From assembly GCF_009914755.1 (NCBI RefSeq), contig NC_060925.1: a DNA stretch of 64,000 bases; one strand, given 5' to 3'. The notes under the pieces are model-generated. The model worked only from the letters and a program-made list of their open reading frames with translations, ran no database searches and was not told the origin of the DNA. This stretch comes from the human T2T-CHM13v2.0 reference genome, Homo sapiens. A program made the translations under genes and the position numbers. Below, in pieces: positions 45,519 through 63,830 of this stretch (its first letter is position 1; each line of letters starts with the position of its first letter).

Positions 45519-46149
45519 GTGAAACAATGAATTACGATGTAGCCCTATATAAGGAAAATATGTATTAACTTGGAAAATCATTAGTTTTTTAAAAAGCAAG
45601 TTAAAAACAGTATGAAAATGACAAAACATTAACCAATAAAACTTGTTTATATATTTATTTAAGTAGAAAAGAAAAAGTTCTGAAGATATACACTAAGAAT
45701 GGTAATGATCAATCTGGCAGTTAAAATTTTTGGAGGCTGACAACTTCCAAGGCAGAATAAAAAATGGCAAGATTGCACTGCCCTATACGTTCTGTGAATA
45801 CAAAGTTACTTGGGGAAGCAAATGGTACCCACTGTTGGCAGATCAGGGCCATCTGTTACTTTTGTTGTTCTGGAACTAGAGTATTTCCACATGCTCCACA
45901 GGGCTTATACAGGCCAACAACTCAAGAAGTACAATGTGTAGAGGTATTCCCTAAAAATTTACATCTGAAATTGCCTCGTGCTTCTCTTACTAGACGGTGG
46001 AATCATTGTAACTTGGGTGTAGAAGAGTGTTCATCTGCGTGTGTTCATGTGCACAGAAATATAGTCATTTTTCCCTAAACCAAAATCTAGAAACGTTAAA
46101 AGCAGAACATTTTTGTATAAAGAAAAATAGAGGATAAGATGAACATTTC

Positions 46150-49730
<3,581 letters not shown>

Positions 49731-52271
49731 GAAAAATTATGCCTATACAAAAGGATTTTTTGGCTTTCTTGTACATTTATGATCCTAAGACTGAATAATC
49801 AATGTTAGTAGCTGAATTATCTAAAGCCTTTATTTGTAAGTCTGTTGCTGTACGGTGCATCATGGTTAATTTGCACGTAAAACAGCCACGCCACAGTTGT
49901 GATGGTATGTCCATATATATAGCTCATAAAATTGAGAAGCTACCAGCATGAAGTTTTAGAGAAATGCAAAGATGCTCTTAATGAGGAAACTCAGGCTCAG
50001 AGAGGATAACTGAACTGCCTTTGATCCTATTTCACAAAGTGGCATCGTTTAGATTTAAATCCAAATCTATTTGAGTCCAAAGATTTTGCTCTTAACATCT
50101 TTGCTACAATAAGTGCTGTTTCAATAACATTATTTGTAAGGGTGCAAATTAATAAACAATATCACTAACATAAATTAATAGTTCAAAACAGGGCAAAACC
50201 TCCTGAGGTCAGGAGTGAGGCTGTACAGCCAGAAGGGTGAGTCCGGGGAGAGTGTTAGTGTTTGATGGTTTAAATATTAAAACTTTTTCAGCCATTTCAA
50301 CTATCTTTATGTAATCAAATCATTTGGGTGTTGGACTATTATGCAGCTTAACTTCTCGGACTTTTAGTTCAAATTTCCCAAATGTAACCTCTATCCATGG
50401 TTCAAGGATATACTGATTAAACACTGCTGGACTAGAGATGTAGGTATTTGAACAAATTAGGTGATTATGTATGACCGCAGGAGATACTCAGAAACTTTGT
50501 TTTCTTGAATAAGTCCCTGTAAATCAGCTTGTTTTCTTGTTATTTGCTTCCTTCTGATAAAAATGGAGTGTAAAGTATGCTGTTACATAATCTCCTGGGC
50601 AATAAACATGGCTGCCTTTTGCAAAATTATCAGTTCAAAAATTTAAGCAGCTTTCTCCTAAGATGTTTCAATAAAAACTATCACCTGCACTTTCAACAGT
50701 GTTCTCTGACTTTCTAGCAACCCTGAAGTCATTCTCTATTTACAGGACTAGTAATTATTTTTAAACATTTCTTAAATCTGAATACAAGCTATCTCACAAA
50801 TAGCATTTTGAGTGGTTGTTTTTATTTCTGTATTTAATGTATAGGAGCCTTAATGTGCTAGTTTTCTGGGGACTGGAAAATTGAGACTTTTTCCAACTTA
50901 AGAGAAATAAGGTTTAGAAATTAAACTATTTATTAGTGTTTGTTTACTATATGGCAAAGGTAAAGGAAATTAGAACCTGGCAAATCAGAGAAACATGCTC
51001 TGGATGAATTAAAGAAGGACACCTGGAATCAAAAGGAGGAAAAAAACCTTCCAAACATGTTTCTTCCAAAGTTCCAACACCTGCCTTTCTGACGTAAGCA
51101 TTAGTGATTAAGTAGCAACACTTTAACATCACTAAACAGTGAGAGGTACATGCAAATGAAAAAAAAATTTATATGCTGGTTTCCAACCCAGTACTAGAAC
51201 TCTTAACCCATTTATTCAACAGTTACCACATTTAGCTTCTTTATTTTGTTCTTACAGTAAATCTTATTGAAACTACAATTTTGATCTCATAAAAAATCTC
51301 AGTATTGATTCTAGATTAAGCTATCTAAACATTTTTGCTAAGCCAGATTATTTCAACAAGCACTTGCTAATTCATTACTGTTAAGGTTCTGTGTCTAATC
51401 AATCTATTATTAAACTTTTCTTCTGCCTGAAATTTGTAGATCTTACCCTCTTATCCGTAGAAGTACATGCTATTTAACCAAAGAGAACCAAGAAAATGTA
51501 ACTTTCAGAGTGCTGACACAGAAGTGGTAATTGGTTCATGTATAACACAGCTGAGGTAAAATAACTAATTTCTAAAAATATAAAAATGATCAACAGGGTT
51601 GAATAAAACCAGTAAAAGTGGTATAAAATAAGTCTAGTAAGGAATTTCAGCTCCAAGCAATTTCTCCAGCTTAGTTCGTAAGAAAACCCAATAACCATAC
51701 CACTGTACTTCCAATCATGCCATTTAGCTTTCTCACAGTTACTATGTGAGACTGTAATAATCATTATTATGTAAATGACAAATACACTGATTAGAGAACA
51801 TTAAAATCTGCAAAAGGCAGAAACAAAGGTATCACTTGCTCAAATCTGGTTGAAGTAATAAGACATGAAACCAGACACTTCCTTAAGATTTTCTTTCTAT
51901 GAGGATGCAATAGGGCAAATGCAATGACAAAATTGAAATACAAAGAATTCCAATACTCAAACAACCAATATTAACAAAAATATCAGAGTACCATTACTGA
52001 ATACAAATTCTCAATTTGTCAACTCTATCACTTCATTCTTCCTCTCTATTCCTGACTCCTTTTCAGCATACTAAACCCTCAGCTGTCCAGGCAGGACAAC
52101 TGTCAATGTTGTCAACTGGCAACAAATATAACTAAAAATCTCAATTTGGCGCCCCTCCCTTTCATTCAAGGTATTTATCTTATTCTAGATAAAAGGTGTT
52201 GTATGTTTTTCTTAACATTGGAAGACCAATAAACATTAAGAATATTAATGCAACAGAAGTAAAATATTATA

Positions 52272-52477
52272 CAGTTGTCCCTCAGTATCCTTGGGGGACT
52301 GGTTCCAGGATCCCCATGGATACCAAAATCCACACATACTCAAATTTCAAAGTTGGTCCTGCAGAGCCCATGTATATGAAAAGCTGACCTTCCATATATG
52401 CAGGTTTTACATCCCATGAACACTGTATTTTCAATCTGAATTTGATGCAGAACCCACTAATACAAAGGACTGACTTT
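52272..52477 (+). mobile_element. MER2-like (Tigger family) element
   Basis: TA|cagttgtccctcagtatccttgggggactggttccaggatcccc. Confidence 0.75.
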
Positions 52478-52579
52478 ACTGACTTAACGGCCAATTGTAT
52501 ATTGCCACTGTCTATCTCATCAATTCCATTTTATTAACAGATACGATAAAGACTTTATAGTTTCAAAAGATGTACTTAC

Positions 52580-52767
52580 CTATTAAAAAGCAAAACAGTG
52601 AGGTGAAGGATAACATCGCTACCACTGGACACTGTTGGCTTCATTGTCTGAATATATCTGAGGGCTTGTCTGTGCTCGCCCTGACTCATGAATGCCTGAA
52701 TAATCTTTGAATGTTGCCATGACAAAGGTTTTGCAGTAGCTGGATGAAACAAAAGATCCAAACCACT
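52580..52767 (-). CDS. AHCTF1: ELYS coding exon, [10 protein letters not shown]...TVLLFN
   Basis: TTTCCAG| acceptor, |GTAAG donor, 188 nt, ORF 52576..52761. Confidence 0.93.
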
Positions 52768-52912
52768 CTGGAAATAACATGAAAAATGTTAAATATAAAT
52801 ATAATCCTATACATTTAGACAAAGTAGGTAAACCTAACACTAAAAACCACAAAAATCCAGATAAGACTCGTTTAAATATAAGCTGAAAAAATCTACTTTA
52901 ATCTGTGCTATA

Positions 52913-53886
<974 letters not shown>

Positions 53887-54297
53887 ATTTTAAAGAATAA
53901 AAGCTTTATAAAAAACCTGATACCTCTAAGACCCTATCACACTATTTTATAAGATCTTCCCATCACCAATTTCATATATCAAGGCCAAATCTTGCCTTCC
54001 ATGGTTCCCCCAACACCCCAAACATCTCTCTAATATTAACGATCACTGTATCTGAACTATCGTAATTACTTACTTATTAGTTTCCTTCTTTAAACAGTAA
54101 GAAACCTGGGGTTCTGAATTATCTTTATATTCTTGCCTTCTAAAATAGTGCTTGGTAAAGGTACTGATTAAACTGGGTCCTTCCTCAACTATTTTTAGTA
54201 GACTGTATCATATCTTTTAATACCAAATTTAAATTATGTGTATTTTCTAAAATTCTAGTAATTCATGAAAGTTTATGCTGTAAGTGAATAGACTTAC

Positions 54298-54444
54298 CTC
54301 ATAGTCATTATGATCTATCAACCAAAACCCCTGAATAAGTTTAACTTGGCCCCAAGAAATGGCAAATACAGTTGGGAAAGATTCAATGGGAGTGTCTGTT
54401 TTGTTGGGAAAGGAATACATAATATCAAGTAGCAAATAAATGGT
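54298..54444 (-). CDS. AHCTF1: ELYS coding exon, [13 protein letters not shown]...WLIDHNDYE
   Basis: 147 nt, phase 0 to 0, |GTAAG donor, ORF 54247..54435. Confidence 0.93.
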
Positions 54445-55263
54445 CTTTTAAAAAGCGGATTAAGGACAATAAAATACAACAACAAAAACCTCCTACGTAT
54501 ATATTTACAATAGGTAGCAACAAAATGTAGCATTAAAAGAGACTTGAAATGCCTGTTTTTAGTGTTTAGAAAGCCATCATGGAGAGTCAGCAATGAGAAG
54601 ATAGTTTTAGTAAATGTGGGTACAACCAGTCCCGCACCAACTTCATTCATTCTCAGTATTTTATTATCAGCACCACAAAGGAGATAAAGCGTATTTTTAT
54701 GAAGTCAGTAGCTCAGTAAATACAAGAAACAAAGATATACGCAAATTTCTAAAGATCTAGCAAAAGATGGCAGCTTAATCAAACATCATCTAGCTTATAA
54801 ATTATAAATGGAATTATACATTTTTAGACTAAGTAACTAACATTAGCACAAAAATATTATCACAAAGACTATAGGACTCAAATAATGCCTAAGGTAGTAT
54901 CACGCTAACTTATAATGTATTCATTTCCAGCACAGAGGTTAATGCCATTGATAGTGACCACTTGGTGGTAGTATTTTAGAGCAACTGTTGTTAACTTTTT
55001 GAGTGTCTTGGACACATTTAAGTGTCTGATAAAAGCCAAGTACCCTATACCTAGAAAAACAAATAAAAAACAAAATTTTTCATATAGTTTTAGGTTGATC
55101 ACAGGCCATCTGAGCCCAAACAACAGATCCTGGGTTAACACCTCTTCTTAAGAAAACAAAACCAAAATTCAACCTTGCAATTAGATATGTCAGGTTTCCA
55201 CTACTCTTGAAATTTTATAATTTTAGTAATACATGAAACACTGGATAAAACTTAAAAGGATAC
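54445..55263 (-). other. AHCTF1: U12-type (minor spliceosome) GT-AG intron
   Basis: 5' splice site GTATCCTTTT (55263-55254); branch site TCCTTAAT (54466-54459) about 15 nt from the terminal AG. Confidence 0.9.
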
Positions 55264-55320
55264 AATAGAGTGTTTGGCTGCTTCAGTAACGCCGTCTAAT
55301 AGGTACATATCAAGTACTGC
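55264..55320 (-). CDS. AHCTF1: ELYS coding exon, AVLDMYLLDGVTEAAKHSI
   Basis: TTTTATAG| acceptor, 57 nt in frame, followed by U12-type donor GTATCCTTT. Confidence 0.92.
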
Positions 55321-55480
55321 CTATAAAACAAAGGGATAAAACCTTCAGTGGATCTTATACAGTCATTCATTCATTCATGCTTCTTGTTTTCCCAAGTTTG
55401 TGCCAGACACACAGCTAAGCATGTCTCCTCCCTCCCCAGCTTTGTAGACTCTAAATGATAGCACATTACTGCAAACCTAC

Positions 55481-55604
55481 ATGCAGACTAGCAGGAGGAT
55501 ATTTTCCTGTGCCTCCTTCATCTCGTTTCCACAACTTCTCAATTCGCTCTCCTAACTGAGAAACCAGTCCATCAATCATCAAGCAATCGGGATTCCACTT
55601 CCCT
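55481..55604 (-). CDS. AHCTF1: ELYS coding exon, [15 protein letters not shown]...GKYPPASLH
   Basis: TTGCAG| acceptor, |GTAGG donor, 124 nt, phase 2 to 0. Confidence 0.92.
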
Positions 55605-55713
55605 CTGCAATCAGGGAAAAATTAAGACTTATTTAATATCACTGTTAATTAATATCAAAGCAACCAGCATCAAAATATTAAAAGTAATAATCCCAACTAT
55701 CAAAGAGAGAAGA

Positions 55714-55992
55714 GGCTGGGCATGGTGGCTTATGTCTGTAATCCCAGTGATTTGGGAGGCCAAGGCAGGAGGATCAACTCAAGGTCAGGAGTTCGAGACC
55801 AGCCTGGGCAATACAGCAAGACCCCAGTTCTAAAGAAAATATAAAAACTAGCTGGGCATGGTGGTGTGCACCTGTAGTCCTAGCCACTCAGGAGGATAAG
55901 GAAGGAGGATCGTTGGAGCCCAGGAGTTTAAAGTGAGCTATACACATGCCACTGCACTGCAGCCTGGGCAACAGAGACCCTCTCTCTAAAAA
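55714..55992 (+). mobile_element. AluJ
   Basis: diverged dimer. Confidence 0.87.
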
Positions 55993-57050
55993 CAGAGAGA
56001 GAGGAGAGAATTGGGAATTTGACCCTAGTTAGCATGATGAGAACTACAGACATCAAGGAGAGTTAGTCGGATAAGCCCTTAATTTGCCTCAAGTTCAGTC
56101 ATCAACAAGCCAGTCAGTCAAGGTGAGGTCCCCATGTGGTCCATCCAGCCAGTGACCATTCTATTTTTCACCATATTAAGCAAACTACCATAAAGCCCAG
56201 CGTAGTGAAAATAATGAAGTTCAAAGACAGAGAGTTAAAGTTTCTGTTTCATCACTTGGGTTAGTCTTTTATCCTCAGTGATTCCTTCACTCGAATATCT
56301 ATTGCTGAGTGCCTATGATGCAACGTGCAGGTATGGTCCCTATTTCCTTTTCTTTTCTCTTCTTTTTTCCCGATTTCCTTTTCTAATTGTGAATAGCGGC
56401 AGCACTTACTACTCTTTGCGGTTGTCCAATGAGCCAGGCACTGCACTAGATGTCCTGCACATACTATTTTATTTAGCTTTATACTGACTTTATAACTTAT
56501 ATAACAAGCAGGATTAGAAAGCATAACAAAGCTGCCAAGGATATACACTTAGGAAATAACAGATCTAGAATTTTAAAATATGCCTAGTCAATCTCCCAAG
56601 CTAATGTTCACTCTCCTAAATTGGTCATTCTAAAGCACTGGTTCCCACAATTGCCATGCATCAGAATTACAGCCGGCACAGATTTTAAAGTACTGATTCC
56701 CAGGTGATTCAGGTGTAAGAAACCTGGAATCAACGTTTGTGGCACTGCTCTAAATGTTATATGCTTTGTAATTTTGTCACTGCAACTCGAGGAAGACGAC
56801 TATTTCCAGAAGTGTGGTCAAGACTCTCAACACCACTTTCTTTGTCTATTACCTTTACTTCATTTCAAAGGAACTAAGTAGGTTATTCGTGTACTTTTTT
56901 AAAAAAGAGAAATAAAATAGTAATGGTAATAGCAAATTCTGATACTTAACTGAGAATTCTACCCATTTAATCACTTTGTAAAACGATGAACACTATTCTG
57001 AGAAACTTTGACTTCTTACAGATGTAATTTCTAAAATTGTTTTACTATAC

Positions 57051-57144
57051 CTTGATAAACGCTCAAACTTCTGTCGACGACTGGTGTAGTAGTTCTGAAT
57101 TACAGGGTAGTTGTAGCATAACCTTGACAACTGCACAGAATCAT
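57051..57144 (-). CDS. AHCTF1: ELYS coding exon, [31 protein letters not shown]
   Basis: AG/GT boundaries, 94 nt, phase 1 to 2. Confidence 0.9.
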
Positions 57145-58040
57145 CTAGATTTTTAAGAGTTGGAAAAAAAGCTGGTAATAATCCCCAAATATCTCAACAA
57201 TACATATTAATATTTTACTGTAATTTAATATTTACAGCAACCCCTGGTTAACCCACAGGGTGGGTATATTTAGGTAATAAAAGATTACTACACATCTTTT
57301 TATTTACAGAGGCACAAGTGAGAAAATGATCTGTCATGAAAGTCTAACTACATGGATGGGGGCTTAAAATCCTGGAAACTGTTCTAAATAACTTTACTCC
57401 TTAGGCACAAATAATAATTTGAAAGCAAGAAATGTTCACTACAAATCAAAATCTAAGAGAATTATGAAAAAATAAGATCAACAATTATGTACAGTGGCAG
57501 AGGCACTTCTAAATAAAATCTAATGGCTTCCTGGAAATGCAAGAAGCTGAAGGCTTTGCAAGTTATATTCTAAACAAATATAGCACAAGTCAAATACCAA
57601 AAATTATCTTATTGTTGGTACTGGCATAAATCACTAGATAAAAGGGGGTATTTAATTGAAGAAATATTAGTCAGTAACCATATTAAAAGGACCATTACCA
57701 GGAAACAGGAAAACTGAGTTATAGAAACTATAGTTCTATGGATCTAAATAATAGCTAGTAATATTGCTGAACTCATTTTCAGGAGCTATGTTTTCTCAAA
57801 TTTGCTTTCCTTCTAAATGTTATTCAATCCAATAAACATGTATGAGCACTGTGTGTCAGGCATAGGATGAAGATACAAAGTAAGGAAAAATGTAAGAAAA
57901 GAAGGTTAAGCATAAATTAAATTAAGGAGAAAAATAAGTGAGGTGGAAGAAAAGAAACCCAAAGCATTAGAATACAATAACAAAATTATAAAGATTCAGA
58001 ATGTTTTAATTAATACTTATAGATTAAGTAAATATTTTAC

Positions 58041-58145
58041 CTATGCCTTCTGGTAAAAGCCCAGAATGAGAGAACCAAAGAACCACTTGTGCATACTGAC
58101 AGATGAGGTGGGAAACCACAAACTTATTGCTTAAGTCTATCAGTC
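58041..58145 (-). CDS. AHCTF1: ELYS coding exon, [35 protein letters not shown]
   Basis: TTTACAG| acceptor, |GTAAA donor, 105 nt, phase consistent. Confidence 0.92.
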
Positions 58146-58863
58146 CTGTAAAGAAGAGTTAACATCAGTTGTTTACTTACAAAAAAATCAAGATGCTCCA
58201 CAGTTTTCAAAATTAATCACTTGGTAATTTACATAATTTGTAAATATATATTTTACATATACATATTTGTTCAAGATATATGTATCTCTCTTGAACTAAT
58301 TCATCTTTGTATCTAGTTTACTTTGGTCCAAAATGATGTCAAGCAAACCTCCAAAATGCTAAAATAAGTAAGTCACTCCCTAAAATAGACATTTTAGGTA
58401 AATACACTTTCACCTCAGCTACACTTTCATTTAGCTAATTCCAGAACTCAGATTTACTCATTAATACAAACTAGCATAGTATCACTAATAAAGATTGTTC
58501 AAAACAGGCATTTAAATGAAATTGGCTTGTTTTTGTTTTGAAATTGCAAAACAGAAAAAATTTATGAGTTCTTTGAATAAAAAATACATATAACTTAATT
58601 TGAAACTTTACTGCAAATACATTAATCTTAATAATCATTAACTTCAGAATTTCCCAAGCTTATTTAAGCATGGGCTCATGGCATGTCTAACAACATTCTG
58701 TAGCTTTTCATTAAAACAAAGAAACAAACAAAAACCCTAGCACTGGAGAAATAAAGTCCTCTTTACATAATGATCCATCTAAGACATGGGAAATGTTATT
58801 CGTTTCTCTTAGTCAAGAAGTAAAATTTAATAAAACACTCATTTGATAAAACAAAGAGCGTAC

Positions 58864-59004
58864 CTCTCTCAGTGATCTCTCGGGCTTCTGATGCAAAACA
58901 GCTCAAGACTATATTAAGATTGCTAAGAAGCAAATAGCATTGCTGGATAGACTGTATAGTTTGTGGATCCATGAAATGACACGAACCATCAAATAATGGC
59001 ACAC
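58864..59004 (-). CDS. AHCTF1: ELYS coding exon, [14 protein letters not shown]...EAREITER
   Basis: AG/GT boundaries, 141 nt, overlaps ORF 58796..59065. Confidence 0.92.
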
Positions 59005-59329
59005 CTTTCAAGAATAAAAGAAAAGATAAGTTTCCATACAGTAAATCTAAATAAATTAGAATCACAATGCAAAATTTCTCAAACTCCTATCACTCAAAAG
59101 AATTATTCTATTCATTATGAGATTTATAAAGACAAGCTAGAAATGGCAAAACCTCCAAGGAACCTAAAAAGTGCTTTCAATATAAAACTAGCAAAAGCCA
59201 AGAGTGAGAATATGAACTCAAATCATCTATATCTAGAGCTTGTCCTCATAACCAGCACACATCAAAAGACAGGGATTTACTTTAATGACACATTTAGTTA
59301 CATCAATATTTAATGTGTCACTGGTCTAG

Positions 59330-60021
<692 letters not shown>

Positions 60022-61002
60022 TAATCTCTAATACTTTTAAAACACTTACTATGCTTTGTATGTTAATTATTCTTAGAGGTTTTTATTTTTATTTTTTAAA
60101 AAACCCAACCTACCAGTAACAAAGGTCAAAGCAGCAACAGCTGAACTACCAAGTTAAACCCCCAACACTACATTATTCTCAAAGAGTAACAAAACTCAAT
60201 TTATGAATTGAGTTTAATTTTTTACAAAACATGAGCTCTGACAAACATTTTCCTCTTAAAAAAATGAGGACATTTTTACTCTGATCCTAAACACCTGATA
60301 GTGTTCTTACAGACTTCAATCACACTGATTACTGAAACACTTAAATTATTTCATGACAACAGTTTCATAAGTATAGTCTAAAAACACTAGAAAGCGCCAT
60401 GTCTTCCTAACGAACTTGATTGGTTTAAAAATCCTCTACTAAGAATAACTTAACTTACATTGTGAAAAGCTATCTATAGTCAAATCATTTCAAAAGTCCA
60501 TTTGTTTACTCATCATGACACAAGAGAAATGACTAAAACATTTACCTCTAAATAAATTTTACTTTCACTTACAGTGCAACTGTATCCCTACTAGTACTTT
60601 TTAGCCTTATTTTTGCACTAACTGGACATGATAGTTTTTAATATTCATGACATACCTCAAGACTCAATCGAAATGAACAACAGATTAATAAAACTGTCAA
60701 GAAGGAAAATGATTTGCCACAATAATAACGACATCTATCCATGGAGGACAGCAGTGATGCATTTTTACCCTGCCATTCAACTTCATCATTTCTATCAATA
60801 TGTTAAATAGAAAGTGAGTTAAGTACAGAAACTTCTGAGGGTTACCTAGCACATTCCGCTTACTCCATCATCAGTATATTTAGTAAATTAAACTCCTAAG
60901 ACCAAAAGACAAGTTATAATCCTAAAACCTGCTATTGTAGGCATATCAGCATGTTGCCAGTTTAATGACCTGCTGCAAAATCTTGGTCAAAAATTACTTT
61001 TG

Positions 61003-61633
61003 GCTGGATGTAGTGGCTCACGCCTTGTAATACCAACACTTTGGAAGGCCCAGGCAGGAGGATCGCTTGAGGCCAGGAGTTCAAGACCAGCCTAGGCAAT
61101 ATAGTGAGACCATGTCTCTACAAAAAATACAACAATTAGCTGGGTGAGGCAGCATGTGCCTGTGGTCCAAGCTACTCAGGAGGCTGAGGCAGGAGGATGA
61201 CTTGGGCTCAAAAAGTCAAGGCTGCACTGAGCCATGAACTCACCACTGTACTCCTGCCTGGGCAAAAAGTGAGACCATGTCTCAAAAAAAAAAATTACTT
61301 TTATCACTTTAATGTAAAAAGAAATAATTTTCTTTTGGGACATCTTCAAATTTTAAGAGTTTAAAACTTCAGGCCAGGCGCGGTGGCTCACGCCTGTAAT
61401 CCCAGCACTCTGGGAGGCAGAGGCGGGCGGATCACAACGTCAGGAGATCGAGACCATCCTGGCTAACACGGTGAAACCCCGTCTCTACTAAAAAATACAA
61501 AAAAATTAGCCGAGCGTAGTGGCGGGCAGGAGAATGGCGTTTGAACCCGGGAGGTGGAGCCTGCAGTGAGCCAAGATCGCGCCACTGCACTACAGCCTGG
61601 CGACAGAGCAAGACTCAGTCTCAAAAAAAGAAA
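61003..61633 (+). mobile_element. two Alus: AluJ 61003-61294 and AluY with right-arm deletion 61372-61633
   Basis: Alu consensus; TSD-like aagagttta.aacttca around the second. Confidence 0.9.
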
Positions 61634-61739
61634 AGAGTTTACAACTTCAAAATGATTAAAAATTATGTACTTAAGACATAAACCAAGGTTAGTATTTTAA
61701 TATTAAATTCTGTCCTACATCTAGACCTCTAATACTTAC

Positions 61740-61829
61740 ATAGTCTGTCAAATTCCTCTTTTGTGAGAACCACTTTATTCCACGTCCATTCAAGAACAAA
61801 GCGCAAATTAGTGGCAGAATTTGGTTGTT
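61740..61829 (-). CDS. AHCTF1: ELYS coding exon, [30 protein letters not shown]
   Basis: AATAAG| acceptor, |GTAAG donor, 90 nt, phase 1 to 1. Confidence 0.9.
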
Positions 61830-62915
61830 CTTATTTGTAAATACAAAAGGGAAAAAATAAAGATTATTAATTACAAACAGAGTTCTAAATTGTTGGTGGA
61901 GAAGCATGGCAGACAGCACCCTAACCGAGTGAACATCAACACTTCAGGGAGGCAACTTGGGAAAATGGACTTTCTCAGTGCACCACACCACGGAGCACGT
62001 CATTTCAGGTAATGCTGCCGCCAAAAATGCAAAAACTGTCATTTAATCATGAGGAGCGACGGCAAGCACAAACTAAAATGCAGTCTATAAAATAAGGCCT
62101 AATTCCTTTAAAAAAAAAAAGGTCAATTTTTTGAAAGACAAAGTGACAAAATGTACAAGATTAAGGGAAATTATAAAAACAATTACATACAAACTATTCT
62201 AGATCTCTTTTCCAAAAAACAAAATACAAAGCATGATTCTGAGCTCTCTCTACCCTCTAAATTGAAATAAAGGACATTACTGGGATTTCAATAAGGTCTC
62301 TAGGTTAGATAAAAGTCTTAATTTTCTTGATTTTTTATGATCACAAAGTGGTTTTGTAAGTGAATGTCCTTATTCTTAGAAGCAGCAATACTGAAATATT
62401 TATGGGCTACAAAAGCATGATGGCTTATCATCAAATGGTTCAGAAAAAAAACTATTCTCAAATGGTTCTGAACAGACAATATGTGTTTGGGGTGTGTGTG
62501 TGTATGTGTGTGAAGAGTAACAGTGATACACACAACAATTTGGATGAATTCCTAGAGAATTTTGCTGAGTAAAAAAGGTAATCCAAAAAGGTTACATACT
62601 GCATAATTCCATTTATGAACATGTTTAAAATGACAAAATTCTTGCCAGGGGTTAAGGATGGGGCAGAAAGAAGGTAGGTATGGCTGTAACGGCAGCATGA
62701 GGGATCCTGGTGGTGCTGACTGTACTAAAGGTTTGTCAGATCATCATACTGTGGGCAAACGTGCTAAAGGGGGTGGGATCTCTCTATTGCATCTTAACAA
62801 CTGCATGTGGATCTTCAATTATATCAAAATTAAAATAACTAAGAAAAAAATATAACAAATAGCAAGTTGATAACTTTAAAAATACCAAACATTTTACTTG
62901 TTATCAGAATCTTAC

Positions 62916-63006
62916 CTTCTGTTATCCATCTTCGGATATAACCAGTCAAAAGTCCCAGGGAACTAGTCTGAATTGCTGCTGACAATATAGCTTCTAACTG
63001 TTCTTC
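62916..63006 (-). CDS. AHCTF1: ELYS coding exon (approx. exon 13), [30 protein letters not shown]
   Basis: TTTAG| acceptor, |GTAAG donor, 91 nt, phase 0 to 1. Confidence 0.9.
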
Positions 63007-63099
63007 CTAAACCATGCATTACAGAAAGGAAAGAAATGGAAAGAAAGAGGGTGTGAGATCATAGGCAAGTTCTGGTTTAGAATTTAAAAATTTTAAGGC

Positions 63100-63830
63100 T
63101 AAAAAAATCAGTATGACCCATAAGAAGGGCTATAATCAAAAGACAATAACAAGCATGGTAAGGACGTGTTAAAACTGGAACTCTCATACACTGCTGGTGG
63201 GAATGTAAAATGGAACAGCCACTCTGCAAAGCAGTTTGGCGGTTTCTCAGTATGCTAAACATAGACTTACCACACGACCCTCCAATTCCACACCTAGGTA
63301 TATACCAAAAAGAAACAAAAATACACGCCCAAACAAAAATTTCACATGAAGGTTCACAGCACCATTATTAATAGCCATAAAGTGGAAACAACACAAATGC
63401 CCATTAATTGTAGATAAACAAATTATGGTATGCTCATACAACAGAATATTATACAGCCATAAAAGGGGATGAAGTACTGATACTTGCTATAATACAGATG
63501 AACCTTGAAAACATGCTAAATGAGACAGTCACAAAAGACTTCATATTATTTGACCCATTTATATGAAATGTCTAGAATAGGTCAATCTATAAAGACAGGA
63601 AAGTAGATTAGTCATTATGTAAGGCTGGGTAGGATGGGGCAGGCAGGAAGGTAAGGGAAAAGGAGTGACTGTTTATGGGCATAGAACTTTCTTTAGAAGT
63701 AATAAAAATGTCCTAAAATGGAATGTGATGACAGTTGCAGAATTCTGTGAATTAAAATCACTGAACTGTACACTTGAAATATCTGAACTGCACGGTGTAT
63801 GAAATATCTCAATAAAGCTGATATTTTGAA
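63100..63830 (+). mobile_element. L1MB-like 3' end
   Basis: ggaactctcatacactgctggtgggaatgtaaaatgg ... atatctcaataaagctg. Confidence 0.8.

Noticed and set aside
45764-46078. 104-aa ATG-initiated + strand ORF in apparently unique sequence
   Set aside because: No recognisable homology, promoter or splice support; antisense intronic; length within chance range
49835-49890. Hairpin followed by ACA on the minus strand (H/ACA snoRNA-like)
   Set aside because: No convincing 5' hairpin with a correctly placed H box, and the upstream part runs into a MIR; cannot support without a covariance-model search
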